Below, piece after piece: positions 1 to 8,614 of a DNA stretch of 64,000 bases. Below the pieces are notes generated by a model, which worked only from the letters and a program-made list of their open reading frames with translations, did no database searches and was not told where the DNA came from. The stretch's first letter is position 1. Each line of letters starts with the position of its first letter. The DNA comes from Candidatus Saccharimonadales bacterium (GTDB lineage: Bacteria > Patescibacteriota > Saccharimonadia > Saccharimonadales > EFPC-124). The stretch spans positions 230,620 to 294,619 of the forward strand of contig JBOHNX010000001.1 of NCBI GenBank assembly GCA_050730875.1, read 5' to 3'. The position numbers and the translations under genes were made by a program.

Positions 1-87
1 TGACCCATCGCAGGCGATTGGCGCTAGCTTGAGCGGTGCTTCAGCCGACGAGAGTATTAAAAAGTGGACAAAAGACCACTGCACTGA

Positions 88-657
88 ATGATCTACGATC
101 CTTACGTTTGGTTCACACCCGCTTATATGATTCAGTGTGGCGTTCAGGCACAAAAACAGTTCCGAGAGCAGGGGGTTAAAGTGTCGTCAGAAATGCGCGA
201 TGCCATAAACGAATCTCGCGCGACGGCCATAGCTTGTTTGGGCTTTAACAAGCTTATGGACAATGAGTTTCGATTGCAGCTCGTAGACCCAAAGCAGCAA
301 AGTCCTGATATACGGGTCGCATACGAAGTGCCCGCTCCAGAGGGGTCAAAACATGATGAGTGGCTTAATTACTGGGATATTGAAATAGTTACCTTGGACG
401 AACATAGCCCAGAGCAGAATGTCGATGACTTTCTAAAGCGCACCAAATTTGCCGCCACCAAGGCTTACGACAAAGAAACCATCATATTGTGTTACATCAA
501 TAAGGACATCGTGCATGGCAAACTCTGGAAGGATGTCAATAAAGAGCTTGCCAAACTCACACCACAAAACAACACAACACATTCTTGTTGGCGCGTACAC
601 ATCCTACAGAGTTTACCTATTACTTGGCACGCGTACATCCTCGCCTTGATTCGTTAA
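88..657 (+). CDS. hypothetical protein (no family recognised); last ~25 codons look non-protein-like, possible shift into overlapping frame 585..794
   Basis: ATG ORF of 189 codons with protein-like composition for ~160 aa; no catalytic motif recognised. Confidence 0.35.
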   Translation: MIYDPYVWFTPAYMIQCGVQAQKQFREQGVKVSSEMRDAINESRATAIACLGFNKLMDNEFRLQLVDPKQQSPDIRVAYEVPAPEGSKHDEWLNYWDIEIVTLDEHSPEQNVDDFLKRTKFAATKAYDKETIILCYINKDIVHGKLWKDVNKELAKLTPQNNTTHSCWRVHILQSLPITWHAYILALIR

Positions 658-771
658 TCGACATTAACGTGCCCGAAGATGCTAAAAAGACATATAAAAA
701 ATCGGGTGGTACGCTTTTTGTAAACCTTGCCCTACCGAACCAGAGGACAACTCGTGAGCAAAGAAGTGGTA

Positions 772-1260
772 TCAATCCTTTTTTAGAAGATTAGCGTTCG
801 AGTTAAGTTTGCAGATTACTACCAGACTCCCTTTAGGCATCCATGCCGTAATCAAATGCAGTTTTTCTCGGTCGATCCCGCAAGTAATGTAAATCGTCCT
901 GCAATCTGGTGCCCAGCGTAGTAGTTGGTCAACGGTAGCGATATAAACGTCGCCAATATGCTCGTCGGGCGGGTACTGCATCGTAAACTTCAAATTCTGC
1001 ATATAACCTATAATGCTGGTTAGCTCGCTAATCCTTACGGCACTAAGCGTACTAGAGCGCTCTCGCTGTACCTTGCGTGTTAACTTGAGCCACTGTTTAC
1101 GCAAAGGGCTCATAACGGAAAATGGTTTATCAACCACGATTACCACTTTGCCATAATACATGCGGGTATATAGGTGACGGGCTAGGTCTTTTGAGCCAGG
1201 GTTAGCGCCAAAAGAACCCTCCTCACGGATTAAACCATGCATCTGTTCCCACCTTTCCAT
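772..1260 (-). CDS. hypothetical protein
   Basis: 162-codon ORF; GAGG 6 nt upstream of ATG; 38-nt overlap with upstream ORF 1223..1528 suggests translational coupling. Confidence 0.4.
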   Translation of the reverse strand: MERWEQMHGLIREEGSFGANPGSKDLARHLYTRMYYGKVVIVVDKPFSVMSPLRKQWLKLTRKVQRERSSTLSAVRISELTSIIGYMQNLKFTMQYPPDEHIGDVYIATVDQLLRWAPDCRTIYITCGIDREKLHLITAWMPKGSLVVICKLNSNANLLKKD

Positions 1261-1528
1261 ATAGAGCCTCGGCTTCTAGCTCGCGGCGCTTGCGTTTTCT
1301 TCGCTCCACAGCAATAAAGTCAGCCCAACCCACTATTAACAGTTCGACCTCCGAAAAATGGGAGACGCAAGCAAAGGCTTGCTGATTATCGGCATCGAAT
1401 AGGCCAGCAGTGGCTTTGGAAAGCAAGAGATTCACGCGACAGATCGAACAAGCCAAAGGGATTTGTGCCTGTAAGATTTCTGGCAGCTCAACAATCGCCA
1501 TCGTGACTCCTGGCTGGGAAAAGGGCAA
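1223..1528 (-). CDS. hypothetical small protein, first gene of a two-gene minus-strand unit
   Basis: 101-codon ORF with basic RRKRKRRE stretch; overlaps downstream ORF. Confidence 0.3.
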   Translation of the reverse strand: MPFSQPGVTMAIVELPEILQAQIPLACSICRVNLLLSKATAGLFDADNQQAFACVSHFSEVELLIVGWADFIAVERRKRKRRELEAEALYGKVGTDAWFNP

Positions 1529-1796
1529 AAATAAATACAGCCATGACGACTGTATGGTGTCGTTTAGTCATAATTTTAGCTTGGATTTATTCGAGAAACA
1601 CAGAACCCGCCGTCAGCGGGCTTGCGCCCCATGACCCTTTCGAGCCATGACCAAGCTAGGAGCTGAACGACGGGTTCAGTACCTAGCTTGGATTTAAAAC
1701 CATGCCTTTGCAAGCAAAGGGTTAGGTCTAGTGTATAGGTCTTACAAATGTAGGACTTAACAGTAGTGTAGCATGTAGATTTTTACTCTGCAAGGT

Positions 1797-1810
1797 CGTA
1801 CATATGTACG
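1797..1810. promoter_or_regulatory. 14-bp perfect palindrome CGTACATATGTACG, candidate operator for the adjacent XRE regulators
   Basis: perfect dyad 38 bp upstream of HTH gene 1848..2072, in a divergent intergenic region that also carries tagcttggattta direct repeats and ccaagctagg/cctagcttgg inverted repeats. Confidence 0.35.
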
Positions 1811-1847
1811 TGGACGATTTAATCTGTAAAAAGTACGCTTAAAAGTA

Positions 1848-2072
1848 ATGGCCAAAGGGATAGACACAATATACGCAGAAATCGTCAAGCGCTTAGTTAA
1901 AGAACGCAAGCGCCAAAACATAACCCAAGAAGAACTTGCTAGGATTAGCAGTGTTGACCGTACTCATATGGGTTCTATCGAGCAGGGTCGACGTAAACCA
2001 ACGCTTGCAACTATCTATAAGATTGCCAAAGTCCTCAAGATGCCCCTTGAACATTTATTCAAGGGAATGTAA
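1848..2072 (+). CDS. XRE-family helix-turn-helix transcriptional regulator
   Basis: 74 aa; ITQEELARISSVDRTHMGSIEQGRRKPTLATIYKIAKVL is a classic Cro/C1-type HTH. Confidence 0.75.
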   Translation: MAKGIDTIYAEIVKRLVKERKRQNITQEELARISSVDRTHMGSIEQGRRKPTLATIYKIAKVLKMPLEHLFKGM

Positions 2073-2291
2073 TTAGTCTTTAAAAACGAAAAGTACGTAT
2101 AGCTCTACATCGAGCACTTGGGCGATTATTTCCAACATAGGGACGGTTGCCGTCTGTACGCCGCGTTCGATTTTGGCGTAAGTGTTGGTGTTAATATCTG
2201 CTTTATTAGCTACCGTAGCTTGTGTAAGATCTTTCTCGTGTCGGAGGCGCTGAATATTCAAACCGATTTTTTCTTGAGTTGTCATTAACAT
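2073..2291 (-). CDS. XRE-family helix-turn-helix transcriptional regulator
   Basis: 72 aa; LTQATVANKADINTNTYAKIERGVQTATVPMLEIIAQVL HTH; convergent and abutting the previous regulator. Confidence 0.7.
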   Translation of the reverse strand: MLMTTQEKIGLNIQRLRHEKDLTQATVANKADINTNTYAKIERGVQTATVPMLEIIAQVLDVELYVLFVFKD

Positions 2292-2330
2292 GTCCTGCTT
2301 GACTTATTATTCACATTATATCATTAGTTA

Positions 2331-2807
2331 TTAAATATGGCGTTCAATGCCCACAAATCTGACCATATCCTGCGCCATTTGCGGTGAACTTATCCGACGC
2401 ATCACCTCACAACTTTGCCCATAGGAAAGTATATTGAGACTGCCTTCCCAAAGAACCGTGCGGTCAATGATGGCAAGCTTCCTGTGATGGCCACCAGTAA
2501 ACAGTACGATTACACCGATCTTCTGTAACAACGAAAGCGCAATCTCAGATTCGCTTTTCAAGTATTCTTCATGTTCCCCTGGTTGTCGAGTATTAACAAC
2601 GATTTTAACGCCACGACGAACCAGCTTCTCAAATGAAGGCAGCATGATATTTAGACGGCGAGTTGTAAGAAATGGGCTTTCGATAATTAGCTCAGTTTTA
2701 CAGTAAACGATATCCCTTAAGAACTTTTGATAAAAAGTCTTTTCGTTAAAGAGTTGAGACGTAACTAGGTCTTGTGATGCGCTCTGACGGAAAAATGGCC
2801 ATCTCAT
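2331..2807 (-). CDS. phospholipase D-family nuclease, single HKD domain (Nuc/BfiI-like)
   Basis: 158 aa; GGHHRKLAIIDRTVLWEGSLNI contains HxK(x4)D; start overlaps stop of upstream small ORF (ATGA). Confidence 0.7.
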   Translation of the reverse strand: MRWPFFRQSASQDLVTSQLFNEKTFYQKFLRDIVYCKTELIIESPFLTTRRLNIMLPSFEKLVRRGVKIVVNTRQPGEHEEYLKSESEIALSLLQKIGVIVLFTGGHHRKLAIIDRTVLWEGSLNILSYGQSCEVMRRISSPQMAQDMVRFVGIERHI

Positions 2808-2983
2808 TGCTCGTCCTCCAGCAAATCCTTGATCCGTTCGATATTTGCTTCATTCGGCGTTTTATTAAATAGCTCTCGCTCTGCGAACCGTATCCCCAGC
2901 CATGACTTGTTCTCAATCAGTTTGGAATTGAGGGTAAGTCGAGGTAAAGCATCAATGGATTTCGACGCAGTTTTCCAACACAT
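2804..2983 (-). CDS. possible small protein upstream of the PLD nuclease (uncertain)
   Basis: internal Met of track ORF 2804..3220; protein-like C-terminus ...ANIERIKDLLEDEQ; 4-nt overlap with PLD gene start; conflicts partly with opposite-strand gene. Confidence 0.2.
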   Translation of the reverse strand: MCWKTASKSIDALPRLTLNSKLIENKSWLGIRFAERELFNKTPNEANIERIKDLLEDEQ

Positions 2984-3749
2984 ATCAAAGCAGATGATTA
3001 TTGATTTTGATAGGGCCAGAACCCTTAGCAGGCACCCAGGACTTAAGGGGGACAGTGCTGAGTCTATCGTTAGGGAGTTTTTAAGATTATATCTGCCTAT
3101 GAATTTAGAAATATCTTCCGGCCAAATTTTTGATACTAACGGCAACATATCTAACCAACTCGATATTATTATTTCTGATAAAAGCAGCACGCCTACTCTA
3201 TTTCTCGATAAAGAACACAAGACCCGCCTCTTGCCAGTAGAGTGTGTCTACTCTGTCATCGAGGTGAAAGCCAAGCTTGATAAAAGAGAGCTTATCAAAG
3301 AGCACAGCGGGGTATTTGAAAACATGTTGAGTGTACGTAAGCTTGAAAAGAAGGCTTTCTACCCCAGCGGCGATATAGTTCACAACACCACAAACTACGG
3401 TTGCGAATGGACAGACTGGCCGATTAATTATTTTGTTTTTGCGTTTGATTCTACTGGCCTTGCCACCCTGAAAACCCATATTAATGACTATCATATTCAG
3501 CGCACTCTGCCTCCCGAAAAAAGAATTGACTGCGTATGCATCCTTGGCAAAGGCATAGTGCTCAATAAATATGCTGACGGAAATTTTGGGGCCTGCCCTA
3601 CAGGCGACTCCACGCTCGTATATGTGGAAAGCCAAAAGGAACTCATTCTTTTTTATACATTAATTTCCCATTACCTTCTGCAGACAAAGATGAGAACATT
3701 TCGTTTTATAGAATATACGAGAAACATACAGTTCGGCACCGCGTTTTAA
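2955..3749 (+). CDS. PD-(D/E)xK restriction-endonuclease-fold protein
   Basis: start taken at internal ATG 2955 with GAGG 10 nt upstream; QLDIIISD ... VECVYSVIEVK matches a D...(E)xK nuclease core. Confidence 0.5.
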   Translation: MDFDAVFQHISKQMIIDFDRARTLSRHPGLKGDSAESIVREFLRLYLPMNLEISSGQIFDTNGNISNQLDIIISDKSSTPTLFLDKEHKTRLLPVECVYSVIEVKAKLDKRELIKEHSGVFENMLSVRKLEKKAFYPSGDIVHNTTNYGCEWTDWPINYFVFAFDSTGLATLKTHINDYHIQRTLPPEKRIDCVCILGKGIVLNKYADGNFGACPTGDSTLVYVESQKELILFYTLISHYLLQTKMRTFRFIEYTRNIQFGTAF

Positions 3750-4015
3750 GGTCGTCGGGCGAGTTCCTTTTCGAGCCTGGACAAAAGCGCAAAGAAATCT
3801 ATAAGCCCATCGCCAATTTCTTTCGCCTCTTCAAGAGAGTAGATTCTCCTATTCTGTTTTTCTAGAATACGGCGAAGCCGTTCGTAAGTTTCGTCACTAA
3901 TCCCGCTTATAACCAACCTCACAAAACCCGGTTTGGAAAGTTTGGAGTAAGTTCGTCTTCCTCAGTCAAGGTATTATTATAGAATATATTCTCCACTTGT
4001 AAAGTTTTGTCTTTG

Positions 4016-4042
4016 TGGGGTTCGAATCCTCCGAGGTCTAAA
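4016..4042 (+). other. 3' fragment of a tRNA gene (T-arm plus acceptor 3' strand), att-site-like scar
   Basis: GTGGGGTTCGAATCCTCCGAGGTCTA contains canonical T-loop GGTTCGAATCC with flanking stem; no D or anticodon arm can be folded upstream, so not an intact tRNA. Confidence 0.35.
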
Positions 4043-4136
4043 ACTAGGAGATGTGCGCCTATAAAAAAACGCTCGCCGTGTTCTTTTCGTTTGAGACCCA
4101 ATTAACCTAAGGCTGCCCTGCTACTATTAATAGCGT

Positions 4137-4547
4137 ATGGAAAAGCCTATTAAGCACGCGATTTCGGTAGTTATTCAGAATCAAAAGGGCGAAACATTGT
4201 TTGCACAACGTTCTCCGCATAAAAAGGAATTTCCTTTGGTATGGAGCTTGCCGTCGCACTTTGTTAATGAGGGTGAAAAGCCTGAAGATACAATCGTAAG
4301 GATTGGCTTGCATAAGCTTGGGATCAAACTTAAACTGGTTCGCTTGCTTAACGAAGGCTACGGGGAGCGCTCTGACTTTCGGCTTTTTATGCATGATTAC
4401 GCTGTAGAGATTGTGAGTGGCGAGCCAGAGATAGTCTCTGAGGATTTTGTAAATCTAAAATGGGCTAAGGCTGAAGAATTTCTTCCTACTATAAAGATAA
4501 AAGGAGATTGCACGCGTCTGTATGGTGAATACCTGGCTCGAGGCTGA
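4137..4547 (+). CDS. NUDIX hydrolase
   Basis: 136 aa; ...SLPSHFVNEGEKPEDTIVRIGLHKLGI resembles a Nudix box with typical N-terminal beta strands. Confidence 0.55.
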   Translation: MEKPIKHAISVVIQNQKGETLFAQRSPHKKEFPLVWSLPSHFVNEGEKPEDTIVRIGLHKLGIKLKLVRLLNEGYGERSDFRLFMHDYAVEIVSGEPEIVSEDFVNLKWAKAEEFLPTIKIKGDCTRLYGEYLARG

Positions 4548-4643
4548 CACGCTATTAGGAATTTTCAAGTAGGTCATTAAGCCCAAGTTCCTCTAACTTC
4601 TTCTTTCATACTTTTTAGCATATAGGTCTGCTATGCTAATGGT

Positions 4644-5012
4644 ATGAGCGAACAAGCACGCAATATCAAGACCTACGTATCAGCTTGGAATGAATCAAGC
4701 GAAGATGCAATTGAACAAGCATTGGCGGGTTGTGTAACGAGCGATGTACGCTACTGCGACCCATTTAAGGATGAGATCCAAGGAGTTGATGCACTTGCTA
4801 GGGTTATGAACGAGGTAAACCAGGACTTTCCGGGTGTCGTGCATGAACTTGTCGGTGAACCGCTTATTCACCACAATACCGGCACCTACGATTGGCTGGT
4901 TAGAATGGCGGATGGCAAAGAAATCCCAGGTGTCGATTATGTGGAGTTTGGTTCCGATGGTCGTATTAGCCGAGTGGTCAGCTTTACGAAAGAAGCAGAC
5001 TGGGCGCCGTGA
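4644..5012 (+). CDS. SnoaL/NTF2-like family protein
   Basis: 122 aa; composition and length typical of ketosteroid-isomerase/SnoaL-like small proteins. Confidence 0.5.
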   Translation: MSEQARNIKTYVSAWNESSEDAIEQALAGCVTSDVRYCDPFKDEIQGVDALARVMNEVNQDFPGVVHELVGEPLIHHNTGTYDWLVRMADGKEIPGVDYVEFGSDGRISRVVSFTKEADWAP

Positions 5013-5466
5013 AGGCTAGTATGTGGCAGGGTCGACTGGGGCCCCTTACTTTACCCCGGCCAACGAACTGACGGACAGCAGATACCGAGGCTGGTCGACG
5101 ACCAGACGGCAGTAGCTGTTAGTGACGGTGGATATATGGCCAGCGTCATGATGAGACGGAAGAGGTGGCGAGAGCATGGCTGCTACATCCTTTCGCCGCC
5201 ACACCCAAGTCAACGGAAAGGCATCTTCGCGCAGTGGCAACTTACATTCCTGCGTGCTAGGCCAAGATTGAATGCCTCTTTGACTACCTTAAAGAGCGTT
5301 TACCCCTCGTCACTTCGTTTCCGAGGAGTGTGTAGGGCTACGCCCCTGTACTACATCCGTACGCTACTGACGTATCAATTACTGGCAGGTTCCGGGATTC
5401 AGGTTAAGGGGTATTGATTTTTTACTGCTTTTATGTTATTATTATAGAATAATTAATTCCAAAATC
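5013..5466. other. GC-rich non-coding-looking segment (possible structured RNA or gene remnant)
   Basis: ~450 bp GC-richer than its flanks; the only ORFs are arginine-rich and not protein-like; local hairpins such as CTGGTCGACGACCAG. Confidence 0.3.
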
Positions 5467-6453
5467 ATGAAGCGTTTTTCTGTATTAGTTACGAACCATC
5501 TGGTACCAGAAGCTATTGAACAGCTGAAAAGTAGATACGATATAACCGAGAACTACGGTATCTCTGTAAAAGACCTGGAAGCGGTAATTGGCCACTACGA
5601 TGTCCTCCTTTGCCGCGGCGCAACAAACGTTACGAAACAAGTAATAGACGCTGCTTCGCGTGGTCGTCTTAAGCTGATCGTCTCAGCTACCTCGGGCTTG
5701 GACCACATAGATTTAGAGAGTGCCCAGCAGTCCGGGATTACCATTTGTCATACACCAGATGCTGTGACTAATGCCAACGCGGAATACAACATAAGTATGA
5801 TCATTGCACTGAGCCGTAAATTACGGCAGGCAACCGAACAGGTATGCTCGGGTGCTTGGGACCAACAGGCAATATTGGGCGATGAAATTAAGGGTAAGAC
5901 ATTGGGCCTGATCGGATTCGGTAGGATCGGCCAGCTGACTGCAAAATATGCCTCTGTTTTCGATATGAATATCCTTGCATACGACCCATACGTTGACCCA
6001 AACATCTTCTTGGAGCATAACGTCACATCAAAAACGTTAGAGTCACTTTTGAGCGAGTCGGATTTTGTGATTCTTAACTTGCCGCGCACGAGTGAGACAA
6101 AAAATCTTATAACCAAGCGCGAACTAGCCCTCATGAGGTCTACCAGTCATCTCGTACAGGTGTCGCGGGGAGGAATTGTAAACGAGGAGGATCTTATTGA
6201 CGCTTTGCAACAAGGACAAATTGCCGGCGCATGCATCGATGTATTTGAGCGTGAGCCGGATGTTGACCCTCGCTTCAAGAAATTACCAAATGTTATGCTA
6301 TCACCCCATATGGGCTGCTCTACTTACGAATCACGTTACAATGCGGGCATGTTGGCCCTCCAGCAGATCAATCAATTTTTTGCCCGTGAACCCTTGCTAC
6401 ACCTCGCAAATTACTCGCTCAAACCACGACCAACAGCCTTGACCAAGATATAG
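5467..6453 (+). CDS. D-isomer-specific 2-hydroxyacid dehydrogenase (NAD-binding)
   Basis: 328 aa; GKTLGLIGFGRIGQ Rossmann motif; catalytic region ...VSRGGIVNEEDLIDAL... Confidence 0.85.
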   Translation: MKRFSVLVTNHLVPEAIEQLKSRYDITENYGISVKDLEAVIGHYDVLLCRGATNVTKQVIDAASRGRLKLIVSATSGLDHIDLESAQQSGITICHTPDAVTNANAEYNISMIIALSRKLRQATEQVCSGAWDQQAILGDEIKGKTLGLIGFGRIGQLTAKYASVFDMNILAYDPYVDPNIFLEHNVTSKTLESLLSESDFVILNLPRTSETKNLITKRELALMRSTSHLVQVSRGGIVNEEDLIDALQQGQIAGACIDVFEREPDVDPRFKKLPNVMLSPHMGCSTYESRYNAGMLALQQINQFFAREPLLHLANYSLKPRPTALTKI

Positions 6454-6522
6454 ACTTCTTCGGCTATAATTTTTAGGTCTCTAAAAGAGAAACTATGAAT
6501 AAAATAACGATGCACCCCACCG

Positions 6523-6600
6523 GACGTAAGCTACTGCGATCCGTTCAAAAACGAGATCCAGGGGATTGCTAATAGGGTTGGTGCTCCGCACGAGCTACTG
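6523..6600 (+). pseudogene. decayed fragment of a SnoaL-like paralog (YCDPFKNEIQGI...)
   Basis: ~80% nucleotide identity over ~45 nt to codons RYCDPFKDEIQGV of gene 4644..5012; no start codon; overlaps merR 3' end. Confidence 0.4.
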
Positions 6601-6991
6601 AGGTTTGCTCAATCGCCTTTAGAAGCGGGCAATCTTTTCTGTGGTCATCGCCGTGGCAACTGCCAAGCAGTTGTTCGAGTGCGGCTTTAATAGCTAGCAG
6701 ATCGCGGATTTTTTCATCTACCTCCCCAACCTTCTGGTCGGCGAGCGTTTGTACTTCTTTGCAACTGGCGCGCCTATGTACTGATAGCTCGAGCAACGTC
6801 TTGATTTCTTGCAGGGTGAAGCCGAGTTGTTGAGCTCGCTTAATAAAGCGAACGGTTCGCACGGCGTCAGCGCTGTATACGCGATAGCCAGACTGTAGGC
6901 GTTTGGGCGGTGCCAAAAGTCCTTTGCGTTCGTAAAAACGTAAGGTTTCGGTATTTACGCCGGCTCGTTTAGCGACTTCACCTGTTAGCAT
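6569..6991 (-). CDS. merR: MerR, Hg(II)-responsive transcriptional regulator
   Basis: 140 aa; N-terminal MerR HTH (LTGEVAKRAGVNTETLRFYERKGLL) and metal-binding cysteines in RRASC...GSCHGDDHRKDCPLL matching the MerR Cys79/Cys114/Cys123 pattern. Confidence 0.85.
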   Translation of the reverse strand: MLTGEVAKRAGVNTETLRFYERKGLLAPPKRLQSGYRVYSADAVRTVRFIKRAQQLGFTLQEIKTLLELSVHRRASCKEVQTLADQKVGEVDEKIRDLLAIKAALEQLLGSCHGDDHRKDCPLLKAIEQTSVARAEHQPY

Positions 6992-7018
6992 TATATTTTT
7001 AGCTTAACACAAAAGTGC

Positions 7019-7050
7019 TTGACCTCGTACTTTAGTACGGGGTTTATAGT
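7019..7050 (+). promoter_or_regulatory. MerR-type operator/promoter: -35 TTGACC, 19-bp spacer carrying dyad TCGTAC-TTTA-GTACGG, -10 TTATAG/TATAGT
   Basis: architecture matches the Tn21 Pmer (TTGACT-CCGTACATGAGTACGG-TAAGGT) with an elongated 19-bp spacer; AAGGAG RBS 6 nt before the merA ATG. Confidence 0.7.
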
Positions 7051-7125
7051 AAATCGTGTAAGAATAAATGAAGAGGAAAAATGTACCGGCTATTAGCAAA
7101 ACTCTGGAAAGTGTAAGGAGTTCTT

Positions 7126-8533
7126 ATGACCAAAAGGTACGATCTAGCAATCATCGGCGGCGGGGCTGGCGCCTTTGCTGCTGCAATTAAGGCGAACGAG
7201 TTGGGCGCAAAAACAGCGCTCATTAACGATGGCTTGCCGCTTGGCGGCACCTGCGTGAACGTTGGCTGCGTGCCGTCAAAGGCATTGCTTCACGCCGCAG
7301 AAGTTGTGCATACCGCTCGTAGTCATGGTATCCCTGGTATCAACTTTGAGCTTACGCCACTAGATTTTGGGAAGGTTGTCCAGGACGAGCTGAACTTGGT
7401 TGATAGTCTGAGACATGAAAAATACGAACAAGTACTACATAACCTGTCACACGTTACCCATATTAGAGGTCGGGCTAGCTTTACTTCGCCTCGAACAGTG
7501 CAGGTGAACGGCCAAACCGTAGAGGCAGAAAAGTTTATTATTGCGACGGGCTCGACTGCTACTGTGCCACCGATTGATGGCTTGCAAAAAACGGGCTTCC
7601 TTACCCACATCGAAGCGCTCAAACGCAAACAATTACCGAAAAGCCTGGCCATCATCGGAGCCGGGCCCCTGGGGCTGGAGTTTGCTCAAATGTACGCCCG
7701 ATTTGGCTGTAAGGTAACAATTTTGCACAAGGGGCCTTCTATCGCGCCCCAAGCTGAACCTGTGTTGTCGCAAAAATTGCACGATATTCTTTCCCGCGAA
7801 GGTATTGATATTCAAACCAATGTTGAGGTTCAAGGTGTACAAACCCAAAGCAGTTCAAAAATAGTGCGTTACCTGAGCGCAGGGCAATCGTCACTGCTCG
7901 AAGTCGAAGAAATACTGATCGCTGCTGGCAAAACCGCCAATACTTGGCAGCTCGATCTGGATAAAGCGGGTGTCGCCATCGACGAACATCAGGCAGTCGT
8001 AACCAAACCTAACCTGCAAACTTCGCAAACAAATATCTACGCTGTTGGCGATGTTACGGATTTGCCAAAACGGTTAGAAACGACTGCTGGACATGAGGGT
8101 ACGTTGGCGGCGGAGAATGCCTTAAGCAGTACTGGCCAGTACATCAATTACGACTACGTCCCCTACACTATCTTCACTGACCCGCAATTAGCGTCCGTAG
8201 GCCTGACAGAAGCTGAACAGATGAGTCGCAGCGGCGTCTGTGCCTTGCCGTACCGTATCGTTTGCGCAACTACCCCGGGGCATCATCAACCGCCGCACCG
8301 AAGGGCTCATTAAAATGGGTATCGATCCGCGCACCAAACGAATTGTTGGCATCCACATTTTGGCGCCTCAGGCAGGCGAACTCATTGCTTACGCCATGAC
8401 GCTCGTACAAAATAAAAACACCATCGATGACGTTGCCAACTCGCTACCAATGTTCCCGACCATGGCCGAAGCGATTAAGATCGCGGCACTCTCGTTTACA
8501 AAAGATATCAACAAACTTAGCTGCTGTGTTTAG
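7126..8533 (+). pseudogene. merA: mercuric reductase MerA (no N-terminal NmerA/HMA domain), interrupted by a single-base frameshift near 8236-8242
   Basis: FAD site GGTCVNVGCVPSK with redox-active CxxxxC; C-terminal KLSCC in the second frame 8240..8533; the two ORFs overlap and together give ~469 aa. Confidence 0.8.
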
Positions 8534-8614
8534 GAGGTCGGTATGAGAATCGAAGGCAGCAATCATTGTTTGGCTGAGTAAAGTATATAAAATATAGAAG
8601 AAGGAGCAAATCAA

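Noticed and set aside
3750-4101. TTG-start ORF 3919..4101 plus an unlisted ~55-codon minus-strand ORF (ISDETYERLRRILEKQNRRIYSLEEAKEIGDGL...) that could be joined by a frameshift
   Set aside because: The region overlaps the tRNA 3' fragment and an AT-rich palindrome. There is no ATG start and no RBS, so coding potential cannot be supported, although the downstream peptide is protein-like.
4107-4394. 95-codon minus-strand ORF overlapping the NUDIX gene
   Set aside because: Entirely antisense to a gene with a recognisable Nudix fold; basic, low-complexity peptide.
5046-5417. ORFs 5046..5240 (-) and 5136..5417 (+) in the GC-rich segment
   Set aside because: Arginine-rich and compositionally random; more consistent with non-coding or decayed DNA. 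Reported as a finding instead.
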